DNA of 64,000 nt from Hydrolagus colliei (GCA_035084275.1 CM068756.1:6572001-6636000); one strand, 5' to 3'. Shown: positions 39,501-52,542, counted from the stretch's first letter. The notes: generated by a model from the letters alone, not told the origin. Numbers and translations are program-made.

Positions 39501-41207
39501 GAAGGGGTTAACATTTGAGCCCAATGTCCATTAAGCAAAGGGCATCACGCACCTTTGAATTAGAAGACTGAATGCTTTGAAGCTTTGAACACAGAAACAC
39601 ATTAAGTAAAAGCACAGGTTGTGCGTCAAGTCCCCCGAGTTTACCACTGGATAAACACTTCCAGCATGTTCCCATTGTCGCTGGTCAAGCAGAGAACTGA
39701 GAAAATAATGCAAATAGCAAAGATCCATCAAAATGCATTCGAAAACAATAGGGAGCTGTATTTGATACTGTTCATATTGTTTCGTAATGCACCTTAAAGT
39801 GACTCATTAGTTTCAAAAGCAGAGATTAATTAAGCGAATCAAAACTTATTAGTGGCAACTTCCAAGAGATTGCTAGGACCAAGCTCACTGGATTCTAAAT
39901 AGAAAGCTGAGCATTTGAATGACCATAAAAATTATGGCAATCGGCATGAAAAGCCCAGTGTAAATTGAGTGTGCAAAACGTGCTTGCAAAGTGATTCACG
40001 TTGGAACCCAGCTATTAAGGGGCATTTTGCAGAGGACATTGCTGGGTCATTTGTTCAGACCATAGGAGTATAGTATAAATACAGGTGGTGTGAAACAATT
40101 CGCTTTCCACTTAGAATTGATCACATAAAGGTCTTGGATGGTCCAATGGACAAATAGTATTTCTCAACAGATGCTGTCCAATGACCCTGTAACTTTTTTT
40201 ATATTGGTAACTGTGAAAGTGAAAATTGGAGGCTGCATTTTCTATACATTTTGTAACCCTTCTGCCCTGGAGAACTGGTTGGACTGTAATGATTGATGTT
40301 GTGTTTGTTTTCCCTTTCAACACATATTGAACTTTCTAAGCTTGGCTGGTTAATACTTTACCGGATGTTACCACTGAAACCCACTCCTCTGTGGATTAAG
40401 ATAAACTAAGGGTGTTTATGCTAGCACTAATGCTTTGATTGCAACCTTGTTAGAAATCACATTTTTTGTCCTCTTTAACTGTGTGAATGCTTGTAGAGTA
40501 CTTTGGAAATTATAGTTAATTATTAGCGGCTGCAAATTGGCTATGCGAACTTCGACAAAATACGCAGCCGCTTCACAGTAAAAATTCTGTGAAGTACATT
40601 GAGACGGTTTGATGACTCAAACAAGTATTGCATCAAACACAAAGTATTATTATTCTTTTCCATTATATAAATGCAAATTGGCATGGTGGAAAACAATCGG
40701 TCTGAAATGAAAACCAAAATATGTGTCTAGTGGCACGCGATTCCATTAAATGGTGATATAATAGGAGACAGGAAACAGGGGAACAAAAAAAAAGGAACGG
40801 AAACCAGGGCTTGGAAGATAGAAAATTTGATTGACAAGCAGCAATTACTGTCTGTGTAGTGGACTAGCCCATGATAGATCTTGCAGTAATACATTTACTT
40901 TCCCTGGTGTGAAATATCCTTTTGTTGGAATATAAAAATATTAATTTTCACAGTGTAAAATGTTCTAGTAGATTTCCTTCATCTCGCTCATGGGTTCTAT
41001 ATTTGGCTCTGCATTGAGGCATTTATTAGCTGGCACCACAGACATGCGTACTTACAGTATATCACTTACTTGCATGTCTGTGGTGTATCTGAGTTTTGAG
41101 ATTAAATGGTGGCTTCCATCTTCCTTACGTAATCCTAAAAACTGTTCCTTCCTAACCATTTCACTTTCTTCCATTAGTTCCAACCTCTTGCCAGTATTTT
41201 TCCACAT

Positions 41208-41967
41208 CTCAGGCACTGACAGTATCACCATCCAAGGTTGAACACTCCACCTCACTGAGCCAGTCCATAGCCTTGGTAGCTTGTTTGGGCCTCAACGGTC
41301 TTTTCTACCCCACGTTCATGCCATGACAGTGCCTTTGCCCACCTCCGCAACATCACCTGGTTCTGCTTCTGTTTCACACCGCGGGTTGCCAAAACCCTCA
41401 TACACGCATTCACAATGTCGAGGCTCGAGTATGCAAACTCCCTGCTTGTCAACCTCCCCAAATCCTGCCTCCTTAGGCTGCAGATCATCCAGAACTCCTG
41501 CACCATGCTCTATGAACCTATCGCTCCCATTCTTGCCTGACTCTGCTGGCTTTGCAAAACACGGTGTATACCATTCAAGATCCTGGTCCTCGCTTTCAAA
41601 GCCCTACATGGCCTTATTCCCCCCTACCTATTCAACCTCCTACCAATCTGCTCGCTCCTTCTGCTCAGTGGGCTCTGGCTTGCCTCACATCCCCTGCCTA
41701 CCCATCCCACCACTGGTGGACGGGCCTTTAGTCACTCTGCTCTCCCCTTGTGGAACTCCATCCCACAATCCCTCCAATTGACCCCTCCTTTGCCTCCTTC
41801 AAGATCCATCGCAAGACCCAGCTCTTCGATGGTCCCATCAGCCACTCTTAATCTTCCCTCCCCACCCCCCGTCCCCAGCTTGGGTCTGATACAATGACCG
41901 TCCAGTGTCTTGGGACGTCCTTCTGATGTGAAAGGCACTATACAAGTCTAATCTTGTTGTTGTTGTT
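41208..41967 (+). mobile_element. L2 LINE, 5'-truncated (degenerate ORF2 C-terminus plus 3' UTR)
   Basis: frame-shifted peptides AFAHLRNI..KTLIHAFTMSRLEYANSLL..RLQIIQNS..FKILVLAFKALHGL..WNS match the L2 C-terminal consensus; ends GAAAGGCACTATACAAG..(TTG)n. Confidence 0.92.
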
Positions 41968-43899
41968 AAATACACACTTTCTAAACCACATTGAATTTCA
42001 TTTTGCTCAGATAGGTCGGTGATTACTACGTTAGTATTTTGAGGTGAAAATCAACCATGCATTATTTACAACTTACGATAAATGGAACAGAGGGTGTTCT
42101 CTGTGATAAGTATGCAACAAAATGGCACCACTTTCCCTGTTAATTTGGAATTATTTCCCTGCTGGTGTGAAACAGAAAACATCTGGGCAAGTTGACACAG
42201 GAACACTTAGGGGCATTTTGATAAGACTAATCAGGATTGGAAACCAAAATTCTTGTTTGGGGGAATCAAAGGACTGGAAACTGTGACTTATTATTCTGCA
42301 ATGCAGAACAATACCATTGCATCAATGCTCTTAACCACAAGCAGCTGGCCTTCTAGTTTTGTCTGAAAGTGTCTGAAAACATTTCAGTTCATTGAAGAAA
42401 CATGCTGTTTTTTATCAGTCAGACCACGTTTCCTCCTCGTATATAATAGAGTTTGAAACTAATTCGAAAATAAAATTATTGGCATTTGTATGTTTGTTGC
42501 TTCCAAAATCTTGATGAGTTTTAAGCTTCGGTGTTTAACCTTATTGTCAGTTGTCAATAGGGGACCATTAATTCTTTAAATATATTCTTGTTCTATTAAC
42601 AGCCTCCTCTCCCAAACTACGGTATTATTGGTTTTGTTTAATTCAGCACTTTCAAGCTTTCAGCCATTTCGGAATTTTTAAAACTGCTGTATGCTATGAT
42701 CATTTACCTGGGTGATTTTTCAAACCTTTTTGTGTATTTTGTTTATAAAGCTTTTAACATAAATTGATGACTTGGAAGAAATGCATTGGTGCATTCACAT
42801 CCACTAGTGGTGAAAAAATAATCATAAATAGCTCTGATTTGTGAGATTGCAAACTATGGTGCATAATGATGTACTGTTAAATTCAAATATTTAAATACTG
42901 TACATGCTTTGCATACAAACCCTTTCGAATATAATTTCAGTTGGGTAGATGATAAATTAACTCCTCTGAAATCCAGCTGGAGCTCTGAAATTTGGAAATA
43001 TTTTCTTTTGTTCAATTTGTTTTGCCTTTTATGACATTTATATTGATGTATCCTACAGTCAAGGAATACTGTATTTCTGATGTTGGAAGTGGTTTTAGAA
43101 GAGTTAGTGGTTGTATTTTCTTATTACTATTCTGTGTCATTCAACACATGTTGCCTCTTGAGAATAATCACCATCGTGGATGTAACAGTGGCTGAGTTGG
43201 TGCTGGATGAGATTCAACTTCCTGCAACTGGGCATAGAAGCCATCTTCCTTCCGTCAGTGTCTTCTCACCTGCGGCTCCAATCTCCTTCATTTCCCCAGC
43301 CCGTGCCTCAAACATACTGAACCTGTATGCAATCTAGGCATCGGGGTTGATCCTGCACTGCATCTGGTCTCTGACCAGGACTGCTTTCCTCAAGGGGAGA
43401 AAGCTATATTACATCGTCTGCACGAGTACAAACATGTAGAAATTCGCTTCTGTGCTGAGGAACTCTATTCTATTTGTGACACAAACATATCTGTTTGTGA
43501 CACAAAGTAGTGGAGAACAGAATTCTTGAATTCATTCACAATGGCATGAAAATTACTTTTAGTAGCAGTGATGGCGTACAGTAGAAAATGGATGCATTAT
43601 GTTACAGTACAAGTAAAACTACCATTTTCGTAAGTAATTGAAATGTAGGGTTATAAAAGGCTTCAGGAGCATGTCAATTGCATTATAAAAGTAATTGCTA
43701 TAGCTATCCAAAGGAAATTAGTCAACAGTTAAAAAGGCCATAAGTGTTTTTCTGTGCATCATATGAATGCTCTCTGTTACTTACACAATTTATGGATTGA
43801 TAACCACTAAACCTAAAGAATAATATGGTTTCTAGTCCAATATAATTTATCATAACCCCAGTCAATTCACCATTAGTTCATGTCTTTGTTTTAACGTTA

Positions 43900-44150
43900 T
43901 TAACACCTCTTCTCTCCAATTATGTTGTAATTCTCCCTTTTGTTTCACAACATTAACACCTCTTTAACCCATCATCTCCTGCCCTCTATGCCATTTTCTC
44001 CTTTGTCTTCCTTGCCCTGCCTCTCCCTTTCTGATAATCCATAAAAGCCTCTCCCTCCCAACATGCCCCAGTTCTGACGAAGTTACCTTGAATTGAGCCA
44101 GACCTGTATTCATGCTGTGGATCTAACTGAAGTTCAAAATTATTATTTAA
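43900..44150 (+). mobile_element. Penelope-like terminal-repeat fragment
   Basis: pyrimidine-rich tract followed by CCCAGTTCTGACGAAG (hammerhead-core CTGACGA at 44074-44080), typical of Penelope-like 3' ends. Confidence 0.5.
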
Positions 44151-44932
44151 AAGAAATCCTCATCTGATTCTTTGATAGCCCAGAACTGGTTTGATTTGTC
44201 CCCTCAATCAATCCAAGATGGTTTAAGAATTGGAGCCATTCAAAGGAGGAAGCTAGATTCTGTTGCAAGTGGCCAGTCAACATACTACAATCAGTTAAGA
44301 AATGGTCATTTTAATGTATCCTGCATTTATGCTCTGTATTCTTTCCTTCTTCTCCACTTGGTTGCTCAGCCTGGCAACATCTTTGTGGTTAGGAAACAGT
44401 AAATAAAGCTGTGGCAGACTGACACAGAGAACAGCAGATTTTCCTTTCACTTGCGTGTCTCACCTTTGCACTATTGCCATCTACAATGTACCTTTGAAGT
44501 ACCGGGCTGTATAAAGCCTTCCTGTAAAGCACACTGGATTGTAAATTGCACTGTTTCCTATATAGCACTGGAATGAATAATGCTTAAAATGTCAGTGTAA
44601 TAGAACTAACTGTAGCGAAGACGATGCCTGAGATTGTTGAAGTCAAGGCAATTCTGGGCCAAGTCAAGTGGCAAATTGAAAATGTGAAAATCATGTCCAC
44701 TTTTACCCAAGCTGAGATCAGTGAGACAGATATTTCTTAACATCTGCATTTTACATGTTCAACATATCCATACACCAAAACATTTGTGAAATGACAGAAA
44801 AGTTTAAGGTTCTGGATTCAGTGATAAACACTTATGTTGCTCTGGGACCCGCAAAATGTGAGAAAAGTACTTACAAAGTAAAAGCTCCCTTTACACAAAG
44901 CTACACAGAACAGCCTAGGCTAATTCTATGGT

Positions 44933-45118
44933 AGCACACAGCAGGTCTGGCAGCATCTATGGAGTAAGGAAAGTGAGCTAATGTTTCGTTTGTGACAAGG
45001 GATCGTGGACCCGAAATGTTGACTCACTTTCTCCATAGATGCTGCCTGACCTGCTGAGTGTTCCCAGCAATTTCCGTTTTTTTGTTTCAGATTTTCAGCA
45101 TCTGCAGTATTTTGCGTT
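44933..45118 (+). mobile_element. Penelope-like palindromic terminal fragment
   Basis: ~50-bp inverted arms (44935-44988 and 45012-45060) around AAGGGATCGTGGACCCGAAA; continues TTTCAGCATCTGCAGT, a motif I recall from shark Penelope-like repeats. Confidence 0.7.
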
Positions 45119-45119
45119 T

Positions 45120-45525
45120 ACAACACAACAACAAAATTACATTGATATTGCGCCTTTCATGTCAGGGGACGTCCAAAGGTGACAATGTTTCAGACCTGAG
45201 CTGGGGTCAGGATCGGAGTGGGTGGAGGGAAAGAAGGGGATTTAGGGTGACCGATGGGACTGTAGAAGAGGAGAGTCTTGAGGCGGGACTTGAAGGAAGC
45301 TAGGTAGCGGGTGTTGCAGAGGGACTGCAGGATAGAATTCCAGAGGTTACAGGCAGATTGGCTGAATGCTTACCTGTCGACGGTTGGGCGGGTGGATCGG
45401 GGGACATGGAACAGGCCAGAGCCCACTGAGTGGAGGGAGCGAGCTGCTTGGTACAGGGTTAGGTCCCAGTAGGATCATGGAGCTTGGAGCGGTAGAGGAC
45501 ACAAGCCGCAGAGTTCTGGATGATT
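45120..45525 (-). mobile_element. L2 LINE 3' fragment (same family as 41208-41967)
   Basis: (CAA)n tail at left; GGCCAGAGCCCACTGAG and GAGTTCTGGATGAT are reverse complements of segments in the 41 kb copy. Confidence 0.9.
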
Positions 45526-48500
45526 GGCTAATTCTATAGTTGGTTGTTTTTTCTAACAGTTGTTTTTTGGTCGGGCGTATGTCTCACACATCACATCACC
45601 ATTCTCAAGAGTTTGCAACCCAGACTGAGAGTTCCATATGTTTATGACCACCTATATCCAGAAATTTCCCACTGAAATTTGGAATGCACTGAATTGGAAT
45701 GCACTCTCTCTCTATCGAGGGACTCACTTTGCTTACTTCTGGTGTATTAAGCTTAAGTTGCTGAGAGCCAAGGCTTGGCAATTTCAGAAGTTCAGAAGTT
45801 CTACAAGCTGTTGTGGTAGATGCTTTGCAATATAATTAGAAAACATATTAGCTAAAACCATATAGCTTCCTATTTAAAAACACTATCCAGCAAGCTTGTC
45901 ACTACTTACCCCCACAGGGCCAACCTACCCAGTAGGGCTTTGCCCAGTATGTCATGCATGGTTAATAGGAACTGAGTGGAAAGAACATCATCTTCAAGTG
46001 CCCCTCAAAATCCTGCCATTCAGCAAAGCTTGAAGGTCTGCCATCAGCAATATCTGTAATACTATGGCTCAAGAACTGAACAACTAAGATGGCCATAGGG
46101 ATATTGACTCGATTCCAGCATTCCATTATTAAGCAATATATTTCTAAAGTTACTATGAAAGCTTGTTTCTCCACATTCTGGGAAACACTTTTAAACACAG
46201 AATTTATTGTGCATAATACTTTCAAGGAATAGTCCAAATTGTTAGAAAGCACCTTACACTGTGATCCGCAAGTGGGCGAAACTACCTAAAGTTGAAGTGG
46301 TTATTCATGTCACAAAGTGAATGATTTGTGTTTGACAGCATGTAATTGTTTTCAGTTTGAGCAGGAAACGGAGTGAATTCAATTCATAAGTAAAGCTGGT
46401 GATATTGGGATTCCGCAGAAAACAAACACATACTGTATCGTGAATGGGAATTTTCAGAGTCGAATAATAATAAAAAAGATGTAAATAAAAAATGTATAAT
46501 TCATAAGTTACTCAACCTGCTAAGGATGTTCAATTTTCTGCATTGTCAAAGATCTTGAATGTTTTTACTGACTATAAATCTGATAGCGGATTAATTTTAA
46601 AGGAGCAGTTACAATTAATCAGTATGAAGAATTTGGATCGCTCGATATAAAGTGTTTAGATCAATTCTATTTTGAGACCTAACCCTGCATAGAAAGACGT
46701 TTCTTCAAGTGCCACAAGCGAAATGCAGAATCAAACTTAATATCAAAGTATCCTTTATGAAAAGTTATTACAATCAGATGAATGACTCCAAATATCCTGT
46801 TTCAAGTAGGTTCCCATGGCTGACTATCATCTCTCTTTTGCAATACAGTGAACTCATCCAATCAAATGTTTGACCTTTCTTTCCTTCTCCATAAATTAAT
46901 CATTGTAATTTGTACAAAGCAGATTTCTTCAGAGAGTAGGTGTCAGATTTTTATGTTTTAGTCAATATATTTAGCTTTTGATTATTCCATAAATTAAATT
47001 TACCAAGCTTGCTCAGGTAAACTAATGAAGGTACTTAATAACACTGTAGATGAAATACTTTAAAAATGTTAAAAGTTTTATTGAGAAGAATTTTGCAAAA
47101 AGAGACTGAAATTGTTTTATTAACATTAAAGTATACAGAATAAGGAATTTCATTACTAATATCTGATGTCTCTCTTGCACAATTTGTTGGAGTCTGACTA
47201 GAGTTATGACATATCTGTCTGTGAAAATGTCCTTATCGTCCTCCTGAAAAAAAATGCCATTATGATAAAGACATATTAATCTAATACTGAAGCCCAATGA
47301 CAAATCACCGTGGAAGCTGCCACTGAGTATCAAAGCTGTCAGCATCTAAAAGACAAATGATTTACTGTAATGGATTCTAGGCACGATCAGATTAAATTAT
47401 CAAAGGTAATGTGGAGAAGCAAAATACATACTTAAAAATATAGGCTATGCTTTGCTTTTACAAAGTTGGAATTCTTGATTAATCAACATAATGTAAAACT
47501 AAATCTTCCAAAGTGGTTAAGTAGGAGAACATATTGGTTTGTTAGCTTGATTCTCAAATCTATTTTTTCTTTTTTGCTTTTATGCATTTTTCGCAAGTGT
47601 TTATTTTCAATCCCAGATTGTGTGATTGAATGCTGTATTGAATTTCCAATGTTTAAACCAATAATCTACTACATGTGGATTGCTGCTGTGTATTTAGTTT
47701 TTTTGTGTAGGTTAAAGGCTGATGGAAAGATTGTTTTCTCCAGACTCCAAAAGCAACTTAAGCGTGTCTACCATCCTGTGGGAACCCTCTTAACTGGAAG
47801 CTACTCCCGACGGAGAGGGGGCAAAAGCCTATCCTTTCAGTCAAACGTTTCATCACTAATTCAATATACAATTTAATTTAAACTAACATGTTTGAATTTT
47901 CCAGGGCATTCATCCTGAGGAAGCTATTTTCTTTTCTTGTAAATAGTAGAGCTTTTAAATGCAGAGAATTAGTCGCAGGCTATAGGTAGTACAGATCCTT
48001 CTACTGTTGACATCTCAGATCATTGCTTTCAAAATCGGTATTGTAAGCTCTAATGCAAATGCATTTGAGATCTTCTGCAAGGATATTACTGAGCAATGCT
48101 TTGTGGAAGAATCTGCAATGTGGTTCAAAGTTTTTTAATAAATGAGCCCAGTTCAGTCATTACTTTGTGCTTCAGGGAAAAAAAACAATATTCAAACCAA
48201 TTTCTAAAGCTCCACACTCATGCACCACATTATCTGCTCCTCCATCCCCGTTTTTCTTGGAAATTCAAACCCATGAATTTATCAAAGGAAAATCATGTGA
48301 TGATCATCATTTGAATAACAATAACGGAGTACATTAGAGCAATTACAAGTCATTAAAAAGTCAAACAACTCCACCAAAGCACTCTAATTTTTTTTATAAT
48401 TGTAAGCTTATGCAAAAACTTTGTGGTGAGTGGTGCGTTGCTCACGATCTTGCTTAAATTGCCTGAATATAATTCAGTGTTTTGTGAAAGTAGGGAAGTG

Positions 48501-49741
48501 ACTCATGAGTACCAATAATCCCTTTGAAGTTTGCAACAAAGTCTTTTAGCATAATTAACAAATGTGACAAATAAAATACAACATTATTTATCATATTGTA
48601 GTGTGCTTCTGTCATGCCTTTGTTCTAAATTATAACCTTATTTCCAGATGATACTGGATGTAATGCGCTTACATTAGCCACCAGTGTGTTCTGGAAATTA
48701 TGGAACTATTTTTCATGTGTCATAAAACATGCGCCATGGATAGGATATGCTATACCAAATTACTTATTGCTCATCAATCATGTAGGTAGTAAACTTATGA
48801 AGATAGTTATCAATCAAACTGGTGACCATGGTACATCTTCTTATGGTGTAGAGTCTCAATGAGGATGTATTTGTGTGGTCGCTCTTGTTAGTAATCTTTA
48901 TTTAAATATTTAACCACTCATTTAAGATGACCATAGGCATGGTTGAAGAGGTAAGTCTTTAGGTGGGTTTTGAATGAACTGAGATAATAGTCATCCAAGT
49001 GATATGACAAAAGTGTGGAGGCCCTAAAAGACCTATGTGAATTCCCATTTCCTATGTTTCAGGTTTCAAAATGACCGATCGTGCATATATTAACATAATA
49101 ACGACAGATTTCAGAACTATTTACTGCTGCTGAGTTGTGTGCACTGGCAACTGGCCCAAAATTCGGATCTTTATCTGCTGCCAGGCATGCTATACTTCAT
49201 CCCATTATTCTGGACCGGAATCAAACTCAAATCTTTGAGTACATTAGGAATAGTGTATGATCTTTTTGATGTCCTGAAGAGCAGATAATGGATTTTAATG
49301 CACAAAGATGAGACATTTGACTGCTTCTGGTAATGATTTTTTTCTTAACAGTACTCCTGGGTTACGTAAAACGAAAAAGGGAGAAATTCTCTATACTAAT
49401 GCCAATAAAACACAAGTACTTGATGAGAGTTTGAAGGACATGGGTCATCCATCTTTACAGTATATCTTTAGAAACATACAGAACTTTGGATTGCCTCTAA
49501 CTGACACTTTTGAAATGTTGTTAAATCCAAACTGACATATACACAGGAGTGTCAATAATTAAAGGCAGGATCGTTGAATTCTATCTTAATGACAATGAAA
49601 CATATTTGAAGGCAATGGTTGCTTTCAAATACAAATAATACACTTCCTTGAACTCCTTATTACTTTGGTAATTACTGATTAACAGAACATTGTTTAATTG
49701 GTGGTAGCAGTTCAATAATTTTACAACAATTTATTTAGTGA

Positions 49742-49916
49742 TTTTTTTGGAAAAAATATACATTTATTTATAAATACTGTACAATATTTGGTATCGCAGA
49801 AATCCCAAACAAACACAAAGAACAATATCTTCTTTTCCATTTTCTCCTTTCTCTCGATACAAAAACATTCCGTTGTTTATGGTACATTTCTTCCACGCAT
49901 ACAGACTGTGCGCACG
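49742..49916 (-). mobile_element. probable second L1/Tx1-type 3' UTR end
   Basis: minus strand ends ..AATAAATGTATATTTTTTCCAAAAAAA (polyA signal plus A-tail), in the same style as the adjacent Tx1 end. Confidence 0.5.
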
Positions 49917-49933
49917 TTTCAGCTACGTTGAGC

Positions 49934-50850
49934 TTTTTTTTAATATAAAATATATATTTATTTTAAAACATATATATTTTCTTCCCCATGACAACACACG
50001 CCAAAAACCAGAAAAATCCCCACCGTGTAAACATATGCAACGGCCTCGTCTTTATCCTCTCGCAAAAAAAACCCTCCGTCAAAACAAAAATTTCCATTCG
50101 CTTTGTGGAAACACAATTCTATTCTCGTTACACACATAGATGCCTATTATTCAATTTCCAGCATCAGGGCCTCCTCGATTCTCTACCCTGCTGCCTTTAT
50201 TTACAGGGAGCAGTAACAAACAGGTTAATCCCAGCTCTGCCATCCTTCACTTATCAGATGGCAGGCTAAACAAACCCCCCATTCTCTGATGCTCCCCCCA
50301 TTATGGGGAGAGACTTTCCCCAAAAACCCACAAAAGACTTTTGGGAACGCTCTTTGTTACAGGTTGAGCGTCCCTTTCCAAATGCTGAGTATAGGTACCC
50401 TTCCTCTTGCGCGTTGCCCTGTGGCAGTACCCTACTCCCACTTCAGAGTTTCTCTGGCCGGGGTCAGTCCCCATCTGTCCTTGGCCTCGGCCGAGCCTAA
50501 TTCTAGCGCATCTTTGGTGGCGTACTCCCTGATTCTTGCCATCACCAGTCTGTAGCAGGCCTTCATCGACCTATCTCCACGCCTGAAGACCTCCCGGTTC
50601 CGGAAAACCCAAAGGCTTTCCTTTACCGCATTGATGACCCTCCAGGCGCATTGGATGTCAGTCTCCTTGTGTGGCCCTGGGACGAGTCCGTACAGCACAG
50701 GGTGCTGTGACTGCGGGACTCCCGGGCGTGATAGTAGCCACTCCATCCTTTTCCGCACCTCCGTTGCGTAGGTGCAATGTAGGAACAGGCATTCCTCATT
50801 CTCCCTGCCTCCGCAACCTTCCCGAGGGCAGCATTCAGACTCTCTGATGC
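49934..50850 (-). mobile_element. Tx1/L1-clade LINE, 5'-truncated, with 17-bp TSD
   Basis: TTTCAGCTACGTTGAGC at both 49917-49933 and 50851-50867; AATAAA then A8 at the 3' end; ORF2 C-terminus inside. Confidence 0.92.
50432..50836 (-). pseudogene. Tx1-type ORF2 C-terminal zinc-knuckle (zf-RVT-like) fragment
   Basis: CPREGCGGRENEECLFLHCTYATEV..VLYG..VKESLWVFRNREVF resembles CPxCxxxETxxHLFxxC..LWxxRN; conserved His and Trp are substituted. Confidence 0.85.
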
Positions 50851-51219
50851 TTTCAGCTACGTTGAGCAATCTGAATGTACTATACCTACAAATGTGGAAT
50901 TATGAACCAGACATTTTACTACAGTGGATCTATACTTTTACCTCTTACCTCTCCCTTTGCACAGATAACTTTGTAAATTTCCTTCTCAACATTATTCCCT
51001 TTGAATACCAATCTGCCCGTTCATTACCAAAGCCTGTTACTTGGAGCCTTTTTTTCGACAGGCAATAACTCTTCCCTTCAGCTCTTTCAGCAGCCGCTTT
51101 GGTGAATAAATAACAACTAACCTCAGGAAATTAGAATAAATTGCCCAGTTAGAAGCATTCCATTGAGCATCATACATATTGGCATAAGCATTACTCCTAC
51201 CTATATGGATTTTACAAAG

Positions 51220-52072
51220 CCAATTTGCCCACCATATCCAGGTTCCTGAAGGACCAGGAGAGGTGGAATGTACGTCTACTATCCAGTATCCTTGACAGGG
51301 AAACCTAACGATTAGGTTTAACATCCTTGCTGTACCCTTGCAACAAGTTCGCTCTGCAACTGGTCATCTTAGAATTGACCTGGGTGTCCTGAATGCTGGA
51401 TCTTACGTTTAACATGGGAATGCTGAATGTTGGGATTGAGTTCCTGAAACGGGAAAGTGTTCCCAATTTGAACCACTGCACATCCTCATCTTGACTTGCA
51501 AGGAAGCAAAAAGAAGAAAAAATATTCTGTTTGACTAATTTCAAATGATTGATTTTAGTAGATTCACATACAAATGCGCGATCCTTAACTGCACTTGAGA
51601 TGCACTGACTGGGACGAGTGAGTTACTGCTCGCAGCCTCACAGCAATATGGGAAATATTGTCTGTCATAAACTCCCTGCTGGATCAATGATGCACAGGCA
51701 AAATTGATTCACCTTGGCATCATGGCTGATTTTTCCAGTTGATTGTCAACCATGGTAATTTGAGTATTTAGGAAAATGTTCCTGCTTGCTTGCTGCAAGG
51801 CCAAAATATATATTCTACATTGGCAGGCACATTAAAATCCCTCAGACAAAAGCTGACATTGTGGATTCCCCCACATTTTAACGTAGTGCAGGTAATGATA
51901 TATGGAAAATGTACTAAAATGATCCTTCACATGTAAATATAACTATACGTGTAGACATACTGTACTTTAAGTCACTCAAATTTGCCCAATTTGTCCACCA
52001 TATCCAGGTTCCTGAAGGACCAGGAATGGTGGAATCTATTTCTACTATCCAGTATCCTTGACAGGAAAACCT
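51220..52072. repeat. 87-bp direct repeat pair (51220-51306 and 51986-52072)
   Basis: 80/87 identical, no indels, period 766 bp. Confidence 0.95.
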
Positions 52073-52542
52073 GTCAAGGTTTCCTCAACAGATAAGCTGC
52101 AGTTACATTTCTCCCAGAGAGCAGAGGACATATTCTGTAGAGCTACATATGTAGCTGTAGAGCTATGTCTTCAATTGTAAACTTAGCATTTTATTATTCT
52201 CCAGGTAGTAATTCCTTTTGATTGCACTCCTTTTTGATGACACTGAGTCTGAACACATGTCAACTTCTGTCCATTTGTGCCCTAAAATCTGCCTTATTTA
52301 GAGCTTTGTTAACAAAAGCATCGACTTTGTAGTTTCTTGCATGCAACTAAGGCACAAAAAAGAGAGGTGTCTATCTGTACAATAGCTAATGGTAACTTTA
52401 GAATGATATTCACATTTTTCATATCAATGGCCAATAATTGAATTAACTATTTATAATAGTTGTGTGACAGACATGTGACAGTAGTAATATTTATTACTGA
52501 GTTCATATTGGTAAATTTAATGTTTAATGTTTCAAAAGGATG

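Noticed and set aside
41069-41133. Minus-strand mini-exon LRKEDGSHHLISKLRY, vaguely like an Ig C1 strand
   Set aside because: Weak polypyrimidine tract, no Cys/Trp framework, too short
47711-47876. Plus-strand acceptor (TTTTTTGTGTAG) followed by an open frame
   Set aside because: Peptide unrecognised and no upstream exon in phase; could be chance
51244-51306. Retrozyme interpretation of the 87-bp direct repeats
   Set aside because: CTGAAGG does not match CUGANGA and no stem II links it to GAAA; no TG..CA LTR ends
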